Source: Eledone cirrhosa
Taxonomy: Eukaryota
Length of the DNA: 64,000 bases
NCBI GenBank assembly: GCA_964016885.1
Contig: OZ024742.1
Location: 263,934,001-263,998,000, forward strand
Direction of reading: 5' to 3'
Part shown: piece after piece, positions 36,701-49,130 of the stretch
How the letters are laid out: every line of letters starts with the position of its first letter
How positions within the stretch are numbered: position 1 is the stretch's first letter
Position numbers and translations under genes: made by a program
The notes under the pieces: generated by a model
What the model saw: the letters and a program-made list of their open reading frames with translations, nothing else
Database searches by the model: none
Told to the model about the DNA's origin: nothing

Positions 36701-37524
36701 CATCCGCGTAGTAGTTGAGTGATTTGGTATGATGTCTCCTTGAAGGGGGAAAGTTGTAAATGTCATTCTGGGGGAGATGATTTCTTGGGTTTTTGTTCCT
36801 TCTTATGGCAGCGAGGTTGGGAAGTTCATCTTCGGTGTGGTGCTTCCTTCTTCGTTTGTTAGAGGCTTGGGGGTTTGAGAAGATGTTGTGCGGTTCAGTT
36901 ATGGGTTTTCCTATTTTTATGAACGGGTTATTGGAGGTGTAATCCGTTTGAAAAGTCGATTCATAGTGTAGGAACCAAGCGGCACTTTTTTCCCAGCGTT
37001 GAAGGGATTTCAGTTCTTCTCTGTTGCAGTCCCCTTTCCATAATTTGGAGATCTTCTCTACATATTTGTTGTGAAAGAGTCATTTCTCAATCTTGGCGCA
37101 AAACCAATTTTTTATTCACATGACCTCTACCGACCAATCAAAATTGTTTTGACCACAAGAATTTTTGCTGGAGCCACTTTTTTAACATAAAAACAGTCTT
37201 GGCGCAAAATCAATTTTTTACATTCACATGACCTCTACCGACCAATCAAAATTGTTTTGACCACAAGAATTTTTGCAAATTGGAGCCACTTTTTTAACAT
37301 AAAAACAGGTAGAATTCCCCAAACTAATCAGATCAGAGCAAACAGCACGGACACTCTATCTCAAAATTATTTTTGAAAAGCATTTAGAAATGCGCAACCG
37401 GTAAAAACTTAAAAACTTAAAACCACAACTGAATACTAACCCATACAATCACTAATACTCTTTTATTCCTAATTAAACCATTTTTCAACTGTGAACAATT
37501 TGTCAGCATTTTCTATTCCGTTTA

Positions 37525-37535
<11 letters not shown>
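32641..37535 (-). mobile_element. Penelope-like element 1 with direct 3' pLTR (32641-33115) and inverted 5' pLTR (37058-37535)
   Basis: ~475-bp near-perfect inverted repeats, both ending in (TA)n, enclosing RT-GIY-YIG. Confidence 0.92.
34054..36310 (-). pseudogene. Penelope RT + GIY-YIG endonuclease, one in-frame stop at 35131-35133
   Basis: LLSKGLKFTPTP, IKEADKG, FYGIPKVHK, LRPII, FDVVNLYSNI, GTAMGT, RYLDD (just after the stop, same frame), PFLD, CxxxxCxxC, LIY..YIGQT. Confidence 0.92.
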
Positions 37536-37560
<25 letters not shown>

Positions 37561-38149
37561 TAAATACAAATATTTGGGGGCTCTCTTGTTTATGCCGGAG
37601 GCGTGATTACATGTTTCTGACACAGGAATCCCATGTTGACCGTATGACTGTTGAAGATCTTGAAACAACTCTACCGTTAGGATATTTGACATCGCGTGTC
37701 TCATGTGATTCTACCTCGACTGCTGAGGAAAACACTGTTAATAATAATACATCTGCCATTAGCTTGAAGAATCAAGAGTATAAACAATTGAAATATACCC
37801 CCAGAGAAACTTTCCAAAGAGAAATGAATTCATTTATAAACATTTCTCTCGCGGAACATAATAAAACAACAGTACTGAACAAAATGAAACTGAATAATGA
37901 AAACTTACGTGCTATTGATGAAATTGGTGGTGGGTGGTGGTGGGGTGGTGGTGGTGGTGGTTAATATTTACGACGCATTTAAAACCCCCACATTTTGGCA
38001 AATCAACGTCTGTTTATATGCCCTAGCAACGAGAGTAAAACATCATATCGGTGATAATAGAGATGTTAACAAGAACAAAACCCCACCAAAAAATACCATC
38101 ATATATTACTAAAATAGGGAAAAAGGTTGCTGTCACCTATCACCCCCTT

Positions 38150-40405
38150 TCATCTCCCCCACCACTTTATCTGCACACGCTTTGCCCAACCAGCTTAACC
38201 CTTCCGCCTCAACTATTTTTACTCCCTCACGTCCCTCCACTGTTGTCACCATACCCCAGGACCTACCACACACCGAAACTGAGCGCTCCCTCTTCGCCCG
38301 GGGTTTGCGTTTTATACCAACCACATCTACCAGCGACGAGTTCCGCATACGTGCCAATATTGAACGGTTCTTCCGTCGATTAAAGCTGAAAGCTTTTTTT
38401 CACGACACGCCATCATCGACACAGACGGAGGACTTCACTCGTCTCAGTCACCGGCAATCACATTGGACGCCGAGCTCTGGCCAGTTCAGCAGCCTCGACT
38501 CCTTTGTCGATACTTGACGGCGTACTGTGAACCGGTTCCGTTCCCACCAGCATTCTCATCGCTCTAACATTACACGGACTGAGCTCTCCGCTCTTCGCAA
38601 CCTTCGGCGTCGCGATAACATTGTCATCAAACCCGCTGACAAAGGTGGCGTTGTGGTGGTTTGGAGCGTTGTCCTCTATAAGGCTGAGGCCCTCCGCCAG
38701 CTCCACGATACCCTTTTTTACCGCCCTTTATCCTCTGACCCCACTCATGGCTACCAACAACTCGTGTCCTCCATCATTCACTAGCTCATCTTCTCCTCTC
38801 TCCTACTCCCATAATCACCAACCTTATTGTACGCACTCCTCGCACACCCACTAAAATACACAAACAAAATAATCCCGGTCGCCCTATCGCTTCCGCGTGT
38901 AACTGCCCCACCGAGATCATTTCCGAATATTTAGACACCATCCTTGCCCCGTTAGTCGCCAATCTCCCTTCCGAAATCCACGATACCAACCATGCCCTTA
39001 GACTTTTCAACTCCTTCTCCTTCCCTCCTGGTCCCTTTTTCCTTCTCTTCACCCTGGATATCACCTCTCTCTATACCGTCATCCCTCATGATGACGGCCT
39101 CCGCGCTCTAGCATTTTTTAGACTTACGCCCTACCCCTTACCCCAGCACTACCACCCTTCTCCGTCTGGCTGAGTTTGTTCTGACCCTCAATGGCTTTTC
39201 CTTTTCGGGTGAATTCTATCAGCAGGTCTTTGGGGTAGCGATGGGAATCAGAATGGGACCAAACTATGCCAACTTGTTTGTTGGCTACATCAAAGCCCAG
39301 ATCTTATCCCAGTACGCTGGACCTACTCCTGAGCTATACGGTCGTTACATCTACAACTGTATCGGCGCCACCTGTCTATCACGAGAACAGCTCGACTGCT
39401 TTCTATCTTTTGTCCTATCTTTCCATCCTGCTCTCACCTTCACCACCCCGTCTCCGATTTTTCTGTCCCTTTTCTAGATATCTCTCTATCTATCAATCAT
39501 TCTCACCACACCCTCTCTACTTCCATCTCCTATAAACCAACAGACTCCCACTCTTACCTCGACTTCACCTCCTCCCATCCAACCCCCACCAAACACTCCA
39601 TACCCTATTCCCAATTTCTACGTCTTACTCGGATCTGTAGCCAGGACGACGATTTCGAAACCCACTCCCTTAACATGGCTTCCCGTTTCATCCAGCGTGG
39701 ATATCCCTCCACCCTAATCCAAGCTGCTCTCACCCGCCACCGTGAAACAGACGGTACCACAGCCCTTCACCTCACCTCGTCCTCCCAACACCCGCGTTCC
39801 TTTCCTTTCACATACCACCCCTTCACCCTAACACTCCGGCGACATATCCTCCGTTCCTTCCATATCCTCTCTTCTGACGCCGTCACTTCTCACTTTTTTT
39901 CAAACCCACAAATTACTGCATTTAAGCGCGCCCGAAACCTCCGTGACCTCCTGGTACGGAGTTCCTTCTCGTCCTCTCCTACGACTCCACCCGGCTCTCA
40001 ACCTTGTTCTCGTCCCCGCTGCAGCACTTGTCCCTTCATTTCCACCCTCACCACTCTCACAGGCCCTAACGGGTTTTTCCTTATCCGCTACTCCTTCATC
40101 TGCACATACACCCACGTTGTCTATGCCCACCAGTATTCACTTTGCGGGTCTTTATACATCGGACAAACGGACGCCGTATGGTGGACCGTTTTGCTGAGCA
40201 TTTGAAGGACATACGACTCGGTTTGGATACTCCTGTCGCCCGTCATTTCCGTTCTCCTGTTCATTATTCCCTACATGTTTCAATCCTGGGTATCCTTTTA
40301 CATCATGGATCACAGCCCTCGTGCACCAGGACTAAACAGAGTCTGACTCACCGCCTTGGGTCCTATTTCCCTCATGGACTCAACTCACCTCCCCAATTTC
40401 TTTAA
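38150..40405 (+). pseudogene. Penelope-like element 2, decayed RT + GIY-YIG
   Basis: ARGLRFIPT, IKPADKGG, KIHKQNNPGRPI, LDITSLYT, GVAMGIRMGPNYANLFVG, CSRPRCSTC, VVY..LYIGQT; many frameshifts. Confidence 0.88.
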
Positions 40406-41033
40406 TACCCCGTGTATTATCACACGTGCTTGTACATTCACCCCTAGATTCATATGGCTCTCTTATGGTCAGAAACATTCTCTTACAGCTAATACAGACC
40501 GACAAAATATGCACCCTCCACTTTTCCCTTCACAGCTCTGTATACACACATACAACCCTTATATTAACATACTTTCGCTCATATCTTCTTACTTACAAGC
40601 ACACACACACTTTTTTACTTACATATACACACACATTTCTCCTTAGCTTCGTGCGGACGTATAATAACACACACACACACATGCATACGTACGTGCACAA
40701 GTGTAGCTCATATTACAAAACGTTCTTTTTTCCATTTCAGGTAGACGCGCTCCAGCATCCACTTTTCTAAAAAATATAACACATACAAAACCCAGCATCA
40801 ACTGTTTTCTAAGATGTGTCAACATGAATGGACCTGTTATTTTTATCTAAAGCCATTTTTTCCAATTCCAGCCCGCCCGTCCCTTCAATCTATTTTATTT
40901 CTCACAGCGTCCTAAACGTTAAGACCCTCTTCCTGCTATATCAAGTGTTAACCCAATATATTCCTTCCATATACTGTACCAATTGTGTTGTTATTTCTGT
41001 TTACCTTTTACACACACACACACTGACACGCAC

Positions 41034-41070
<37 letters not shown>

Positions 41071-41487
41071 TGTGTGTTTGTGTATGTGTGAGTGTGTTTA
41101 ACTTAATTATTCGCTTAATAAATTTCTTTAAATGATATCTTTGACCGACACAATGTCTTAGTGTTATAGATGCGGATTTTATCGGATAGTATTACTTGAT
41201 ATTACATGATATTCCACGATATTCGGGGTTTCCTTGGTATGACTAGTAGCGTATGGTAAGGGAAACAACATAATTAGCCAATAATAGATTCTTAGACGCT
41301 AGATCTATCCCACAGCTAATGGGTAGTAATTGGAATGTCCGATTACTTCTACTGTGAGGCATCTTTATAATAAATCACTAAGTAAAGTACCTGTATGAAC
41401 TTTTCTACCTACACGGTATTTTTTAACGTCATAACTACTTATTGAATGAGTCATAGCAAACGATTAACTATGCATTTCCAATATAAT

Positions 41488-41662
41488 TGTTTCTACTTTT
41501 GGCACAATTACCCAGTACATTACTGGTACTTTATTTTATCGACCCTGTAAGGATGAAAGGCAAAGTTAACCTCGGCGGGATTTGAACTCAGACCGTAAAG
41601 GGACGTAACTATGCTGCAAAGCATGGCGTCCGACACTCTACCGATACTGCCAATCCACCGCC
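41488..41662 (-). mobile_element. Full-length tRNA-derived SINE with 15-bp target-site duplication
   Basis: A box TGGCAGTATCGG and B box GAGTTCAAATCCC on the minus strand; TSD CAT(T/C)TCCAATATAAT at 41473-41487 and 41663-41677. Confidence 0.9.
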
Positions 41663-42184
41663 CATCTCCAATATAATGATGAATGTTGCATCGGTTTTTG
41701 AAAATGAGAAAACTATTTATTTTATCGACGGAAATAACTAGCTATTATAATGTAGGTGGTTGAAAATTACACAAACTCTCTGAATGTTAACATAATCTTC
41801 AGGAAGCTTTAGCGTGAGGCTGTGTTTGACAATATTGACCTTTTGAATTAAAGATATAGCTATACGTGCTTTTACACAATATCTGTCTTAACAATTTCTT
41901 CGAAAGCTTGGGTCACTCCGAAACCACTTGGCCATTCCAGTGACCATCTCCAATATGGGACATCTCTCACACACACACATACACATATACTCATTAATCA
42001 CGTAGATAACAAAATATAAATAAGAAAGTATTAGAAACTAATTTAAAATTTCAATAAATATTGCTTTCTTAGATCCGAAAACATTTTTGTACAAAGGGTA
42101 GACGACTGAAATTAAATCCGTGTATGGCTTCCGTGTATGTTTTGTTTCCATATATTTATATATATATATAAACGGAATTTCATT

Positions 42185-42250
42185 TTTTTCCGTTTTTTCC
42201 GTTTATCGTTTTTTTCCCGTTTTTTCCGTTTTTCCGTTTATCGTTTTCGG
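42185..42250. repeat. Short TTTTCCG/TTTATCG minisatellite
   Basis: Direct inspection. Confidence 0.7.
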
Positions 42251-42349
42251 TACCTCGGCCGATTAACTCACTCGATATTCAAATTAGGCTGCTCAGCCGT
42301 TAATATGCATAAGGAAAGTATATACTTTCAGACGTTCAATCATCTGGAA

Positions 42350-42404
42350 GGAAGGTATACATTGTTGACGATAGCTAATAAGCTTGAAACTAGTACAGCG
42401 TTCC
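42350..42404 (+). ncRNA. Minimal type I hammerhead motif, slightly decayed
   Basis: CATTG-TTGACGA(42365)-TAGCT AATA AGCTT-GAAA-CTAG-TA-CAGCG; distal GGAA/TTCC pairing. Confidence 0.6.
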
Positions 42405-42602
42405 TTTGTCAGTGTTGAACAAACGAGCAACGATGGTTGCTAGACACTACGGCTTAATACGGGATGTTTGTTTGCAAACACACCGAGCATTATAATAAAT
42501 GTTCGGTGAATCCATACGTACATATATATATGTGTTCATGTATGTATATATATATACATACTACTGTACGTCTGTATACATATATGTATGTACGTATACA
42601 TA

Positions 42603-42663
<61 letters not shown>

Positions 42664-42695
42664 GGATTTAAATGGATACAGTTCAGTTAAAAGGA

Positions 42696-42820
42696 ATTTA
42701 TTGACACGTGTTTCAATAACAGTTACATAACCTGAAAACAGCTGCTATCTACAAAGTATTAGTTATGCACACATTCAATATTTCAATGTTATTATCAACT
42801 GTCATTTCATCAGAATAATT
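42696..42820 (-). ncRNA. Type I hammerhead ribozyme with long helix II insertion
   Basis: Reverse complement reads TTATT-CTGATGA-AATGACAGTT..AACTGTTATT-GAAA-CACGTG-TC-AATAA; all core nucleotides canonical. Confidence 0.85.
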
Positions 42821-43227
42821 TTATTGAGAACCTGTTTGGTTTTTATAGAGAATATTAGGAGGGAGGGGGTGAAGTTGTTAGAAGAATAGTTAAGGGAGTG
42901 GTTTTTTGATAGCAGTGAGAATTTTTGGTGGCAGTGAGTAATTAGATTCCCATCTGTTGTTTTGACATTTTTATAGAATATATTATTTGGCGTTGGTTAT
43001 TTTTCTAAATCTATAGAAGGATTAGAGATGGTATAGATATGCATGGTTGGTTTTGTGTTTGCACTTAATTAACATTCAGACTTAAATTTTTCTTTCAAGT
43101 GTACGTATCCTTTCGCCCACGCATTCACACACAAACATATATGCACACCTCTACAAAATACATATACTCACATATACATACTTACATGCTCATACCTACA
43201 TACATATATACATGCACATATATATAT

Positions 43228-43338
<111 letters not shown>

Positions 43339-43589
43339 TTGGAGCTCTGAAATAGCAATATATATATAGATGTATATATAATGTATTTTGCAATACACTT
43401 TATGCTTAATTAAAAGCATTTTGAAGACCGTATGCTATTGTTTTAGTGTAGTGACAAATTCACTTACTTTAATTTCAGAGCTCCAATTCTAATTTTTAAT
43501 TTCTGCCTGACCAACAACCGCTCTGTATAATCAGTTCCTGATTATTTACTAGAATTCTATAAGAATATAACATCAGTAATCTCGGTAGA

Positions 43590-43660
43590 CAGGAGGGAGT
43601 AGTTAGCCTTGATAAGCTTCAACAAAAGCGAAACAAGGCCTTGTCGGCTTATCTCCCCTG
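43590..43660 (+). ncRNA. Type I hammerhead ribozyme, U3-A8 variant, copy 1
   Basis: TAGCC-TTGATAA(43609)-GCTT CAACAA AAGC-GAAA-CAAGGCCTTG-TC-GGCT; distal CAGG.GGAG/CTCC.CCTG. Confidence 0.85.
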
Positions 43661-43907
43661 TTTGCTGAGATTAAAGTAAGTGAATTTGTCACTACTCTAA
43701 AACAATAGCATACGGTCTTCAAAATGCTTTTAATTAAGCATAAAGTGTATTGCAAAATACATTATATATACATCCATATATATATTGCTATTTCAGAGCT
43801 CCAATTCTAATTTTTAATTTCTGCCTGACCAACAATCGCTCTGTATAATCAGTTCCTGATTATTTACTAGAATTCTATAAGAATATAACATCAGTAATCT
43901 CGGTAGA

Positions 43908-43977
43908 CAGGAGGGAGTAGTTAGCCTTGATAAGCTTCAACAAAAGCGAAACGAGGCCTTGTCGGCTATCTCCCCTG
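43908..43977 (+). ncRNA. Type I hammerhead ribozyme, U3-A8 variant, copy 2
   Basis: Same fold; helix III CGAGGCCTTG (G-U tolerated); helix I TAGCC/GGCTA. Confidence 0.85.
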
Positions 43978-44099
43978 TTTGCTGAGATTAAAGTAAGTGA
44001 ATTTGTCACTACTCTAAAACAATAGCATACGGTCTTCAAAATGCTTTTAATTAAGCATAAAGTGTATTGCAAAATACATTATATATACATCTATCTATC

Positions 44100-44131
<32 letters not shown>

Positions 44132-44172
44132 AGATTAATTTGAGTATGTGTTGGTTAAACAGCGACACTTCA

Positions 44173-44765
44173 GTATGCAGGGTAGAGCACTCAACATTTA
44201 ATATATAATATTAAACAGATCTGAGGCCATATGCAGTTGATATAGGTTTATTTATATCTCTGCGATAAATATTTCGCCGTGGACCACAGCTACATACTTT
44301 TCAGTCAACCAATTCCGATAGCCCGAGCTCGTCAGACGGTATAAAAATCTTTAAAAAGCTTCTAAATATTAAAAAAAAACTTTCAAAAATTTCCAAAACT
44401 TCCTCGAAAATGTTTTTTCATTTCGCAATACAGGGGGCAGCAGAATATTTTAATTTTTTCCGCGCAGGATGCTGGGGCCGTCAGGCGAAGAAAAAACATC
44501 AACACATTCTGTCGTCCCTTGTATCACGAAATGGAAAAAAAATTCGAGGAAGATTTGGAAATTTTTGAAACTTTAAAAAAAATATTTAGAATCTTTTTAA
44601 AGGTTTTTATACCGTCTGACGAGCTCAGGCTATCGTAATTGGTTTGCTGAAAAGTATCTGGTTGTGGTCCTCGGCGAAATATTTATCATCGAGATATAAA
44701 TATACTTAAATCAATGCATATGGCCTTCCATCTTTTTAATACGATATAATGCTCCAGCTTGTACC
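44173..44765. repeat. ~590-bp imperfect palindrome (diverged arms, centre near 44475)
   Basis: GAGCTCGTCAGACGGTATAAAAA (44325) pairs with TTTTTATACCGTCTGACGAGCTC (44605); GGCCATATGCA pairs with TGCATATGGCC. Confidence 0.85.
44608..44696 (+). ncRNA. Candidate hammerhead (mirror copy 44254-44343 on minus strand)
   Basis: CCGT-CTGACGA(44616)-GCT..GGC-GAAA(44676)-TATTTA-TC; core conserved in both arms, helix I weak. Confidence 0.5.
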
Positions 44766-44860
44766 ATTTATGCAGGTCTTTGAGCATTTCATCTTATCTC
44801 CAATACAGTCAACCGACTAAAATGTGGTCTGTTTGCCCCATATTATAATATATCGTATGT

Positions 44861-44985
44861 GAAGGCACGTGGCTGAGTGGTTAGAGAATTGGTTTCGCAA
44901 TCGTGAGGTTGTGAGTTTCATTCCCGGACCGGGTGATGCGTTATGTCCTTGAGCAAGACACTTTATTTCACATTGCTCCTTCTGT
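44861..44985 (+). mobile_element. tRNA-derived SINE of a second family (CORE-like central box)
   Basis: GTGGCTGAGTGGTTAG (A box), GAGTTTCATTCCC (B box), TGTCCTTGAGCAAGACACTT. Confidence 0.7.
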
Positions 44986-45212
44986 CTGGATTTACGACCA
45001 GTAGAAAACATTAGCAATTGGAAAGACCAATGGAAACATTGTTTCCATGGTCCGATTTGATGAGGTCTGGGTTCTTGTCGATCGACTGTAGATATATATA
45101 TAAACGTCAGCTGCCCCAATCAACTACCAAAAAGAGTGCTAATAGTATATATATATGTATGAATGTGTGTGTGGATGTGTAGGTGGATGTATGTATATAC
45201 ATGTGTGTGAGT

Positions 45213-45309
<97 letters not shown>

Positions 45310-45501
45310 CGTGTGCGTGTGAGTAGTTCTGTTTCTCCATTTGGCTCAGATACCAATTAGTATAATTAATAGCATGAGATCATTGCAAGCAATATATGCG
45401 TTGGTAAACACCCACGATGAGATACGTTCTTTTTTTCTGCCATAGCTTGTACTTACTTTACAGCTATGTGCGTGTCCCTGTGTGTTTTTGAGTATATATA
45501 A

Positions 45502-45576
<75 letters not shown>

Positions 45577-45580
45577 CATA

Positions 45581-45630
<50 letters not shown>

Positions 45631-45878
45631 TGTGTGTATGCATGTATTCAAGTATGTACAGTTCGTTACAAAAGTGAAAGAAACTTTACAAAATAGATGT
45701 AGAGGGTTTGACTTATTCGTTTGAAGTTAGCGATTAACTCTGTTATTACGCAGAATTTCTCCCTGCATGCGATGTCTCAAGAGACAAGAATACCTTCTCT
45801 GTCAGTTGAGGAATTGCACATAGTATGTATGAATCACCGACTTCGAGGAAATACATGGACACACACAAACGCAGACAA

Positions 45879-45933
<55 letters not shown>

Positions 45934-45971
45934 CAGAGAGATACAGATATGTAAAATCTCGACCACAGCGC

Positions 45972-46041
<70 letters not shown>

Positions 46042-46354
46042 GCTCTTGAAATGTTGAGCACTTCCAGATGTAATAATGAACAGCGGTATGGGACTGACTT
46101 GATCTACTCACCATTCGGATTTTGGCTACTCTTCGCCTTGTCTACCGCCCACCAGGTCCAATGCTACTTCCCTGTCAGGAATATTCAGACAACATTCTAC
46201 GGATTATACCATAACTTGTATTGTACTGTACTGTATTGACTGAATTCTCTACCCTATACTTCAGGGCCTTTGTAATCCACACTGAATTCTGAGACTCGAA
46301 CACACACTGATTCCATCTCTTCCATCCTCTATATCTATATTCATTATCTAAGTG

Positions 46355-46417
46355 CAATAAAGTACCAGTAATGCACTGGGTAATTGCTGGCCTTGTGCCT
46401 AAAATAGAAACAATTAT
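46355..46417 (+). mobile_element. 3' fragment of the main SINE family
   Basis: AATAAAGTACCAGTAATGCACTGGGTAATTGCTGGCCTTGTGCCTAAAATAGAAACAATTAT. Confidence 0.75.
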
Positions 46418-47889
46418 CTAACTGCAACTTGATCTATATTGTATTTCCCTTGTGTTTTGATTTCTCCGATATGTTCTTATATACTTCCGTTTTACTCCAT
46501 CACCACCCTAGCTATGACGGCGTTTTATTTATTTTTTTATGTATTTTTTCATTTATTTATTTATATATTTCTACCTTTTTACTTTATTTTATTAATGTGT
46601 TTTTATCTTCGTATTCTGCTTTTATTTATCTATGTATTCTAGGTTTTTGCCTACTGTTCCTTTTATTTAGGTTTTTACTCGCTTTACTCTCATTAAGTAC
46701 TTATCATTGTACTCATTAGCAGACGACACTAGAATATCTCCCCCTGAGAACCACGGACTATCTGGGGACCTAGATATAATATATTTGCACTTTTCATCGG
46801 GTTTTATAATTGATTACACGCGATGATCCGACTGGTGAGGTGGTTTTCCTGGCTGCGGGCCCGGCGCCCTGGTGCATAAGCATCCCTTGAGTGCTTGGAA
46901 AAATAAATTTCCCCTTCTTTCGGTAAATGAAATTACTCTGAGCAGCTTGCTTCGCCCCGGGGCCCGCCGCGACGCCGTTTTTGACCGCCATATAGTACCT
47001 TTAAATTCTCGGCCTAATCATAACTATTAGCTGTATCATGCCTCCCTCTACTGGCACTTAAACAAATCCCCCTCCTGTGTAAATTAATAGTACTCGTTTA
47101 GTATAACGATGGCCTAACGACGATGGCTGACTTCCCACTAGCACACCCGAAGCCTAGAACAGTTACATTCCTCGAGTGCTCGGAAAAATTGATTTCCATA
47201 TCTCTCGTTAGACGATTTCACTCGGAATGGCTGACACGTGGTTAGGATGGGCTGGCCGGAGTCTGCAGACGTCGCGTGCTGTTTGACTGCTAAACAAGGA
47301 CTTAATCTTTACTCTATATCCCACCCTGAAAACTTATCGAGGATCTCTATAATGCACTTAAAATTTTTTCATAAAAGACTCTCTCTGTAAATTCTTTAAC
47401 TAAATCTCGCAACCCAAACCATAAATTATTTTTAAACTGTTTAATTTTTAATTTTCTAATTTTTTTAAATTTTATAATTTTAATCTTTAATTTAATTTTT
47501 TTAAATTTCATCCTATAAATCTAAACAAAAATTTAACGTTCCAATTTTCTGTTCACACATTATACCATGCAGACGCCCACTATATATACCTCTGTTATAA
47601 TATATACCTCTGTTAAGATATAGGTTCTTTAGAATAACATTTTTGGCGGCAATTCCTAGCCTGATTGTAGCATGACATTAACGCTGACTTTTCTTCTTTC
47701 TTTCTGTTTTTTTTTTCTCTTTGACCGGGAGGTTAGTAGCACATTATAAGCTTTCGTCCCCTCACCAGATAGCCTTAAGTAGGCCGAATAGCCAGCACTT
47801 GAGGGCGACCGGCTAAAGTGGAAGATGCTAGATGGTCGGTCGTCCCCGGGTCTATGAATTTCAGCGCCGTGGATTTTATCTGTTACATT

Positions 47890-48367
47890 CATTTATTATA
47901 TTTCGAATACCTGATGATATCACCGGATTCATACGGAACCCGGTCATTGAAATGATCATAGTATAATAAACCATTCAAGGATTTACACAAGTCCAGCCTC
48001 CTGTTATTTTATTATAATATTTAACTCCGGACTCGCACCACCAACAAAACAAACGAAGACGGTTGAGCTGCTTTACGTTGAGTACTCTCCATATTATTAC
48101 ATCAAGATTGACCATACGGAATGACCAGCTCTATCCAGTGGTGAACCTTCAAACCTAAATATATATATACATATATATAATATTATAATGAAATGACAGG
48201 AGGCTGGATTTGTGTAAATCCTTGAAAGGTTTATTATACTATGATCATTTCAATGACCGGGTTCCGTATGAATCCAGTGCTTTACGTTGAGTACTCTCTA
48301 TATTATTACATTGCGATTGACCATACGGAATTGACCAGCTCTATCCAGTGGTGAACCTCAAACTTGA
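47890..48367 (+). mobile_element. Penelope-like pLTR (to ~48158) plus a second inverted/direct partial copy (48180-48367)
   Basis: 48180-48279 is the reverse complement of about 47921-48020; 48279-48367 repeats 48070-48158; each ends in (TA)n. Confidence 0.75.
47907..47968 (+). ncRNA. Type I hammerhead ribozyme motif
   Basis: ATAC-CTGATGA(47911)-..ACCGG..CCGGT..-GAAA(47949)-TGATCA-TA-GTAT. Confidence 0.75.
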
Positions 48368-48689
48368 ATATATATATATATATATAAGCAAACAACATAG
48401 AACAATATAAGTTTAACGCTTGATATAGTAGCAAAAGAGTTTTACGTTTCGGACACCAGTTTTTCATCAGAAAATAGAATGAAATATAAAAGATGAAAGA
48501 GAAAGATAGAAAGTGAGTAGATGAAAGAAGGGAAAATAATGATTTTGAGACAAATCCCGTGTGAATTCAGTCGACCATATTGGGGATATATATATATATT
48601 AATTTGAAATGTGTGCGTTCTCAAGCAAATGATTTTTTACCATGAGCAGTTGAAACATTGTCCCTCTCTGTCAGCTGAAAACGGGAATG

Positions 48690-49130
48690 TGAACAGAGGG
48701 GCCTGCTTGTAATTGAACACTGATTTCTTGGATGATTGATGAGCGCGTTTACCACTAGGCTATAGGGACGCTGGCCACTCTTTCCATCTACTTAGATTTT
48801 AAGCCTGTCTTTAGATGTGTTAACAACTGTTGACTTATAAAGCATTGAGAAAATGAGCGTATTTCAACGCAAATGACCATAATAATATAGTCGATTACAA
48901 TAAATAATATTTTAGAAAATCAGTTAAAGTACCTCTGGACAAGAAAAAATGTGGATAGAGTGATCGACGAGGAAACGAAAGCCGCAATTCTTAGATGCCA
49001 GTGCAGTGCGTTAACCACTATGCCGAAGAGCTTGTGGCTACCAATCACATCTATTTAGAAGATGTTAAGCCTGTAATTAGGAGTGTAAGCAGCCGTTGAA
49101 TTGGGATGATTGATTACATTTAAAATTTAA
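48690..49130 (-). repeat. Diverged ~263-bp tandem duplication with tRNA-like heads
   Basis: GCGTT(T/A)ACCACTA(G/T)GC..CATCTA.TTAGA..TTAAGCCTGT..GTTGA at about 48745 and 49008. Confidence 0.55.

Noticed and set aside
37491-37964. 157-aa ORF and CTGAGGA at 37723
   Set aside because: The ORF spans a pLTR end and microsatellites with no recognisable motif; the ribozyme core is incomplete
43473-44095. Tandem units as a CRISPR array or classical satellite
   Set aside because: No unique spacers, eukaryotic context, only two units; better explained as pLTR/retrozyme
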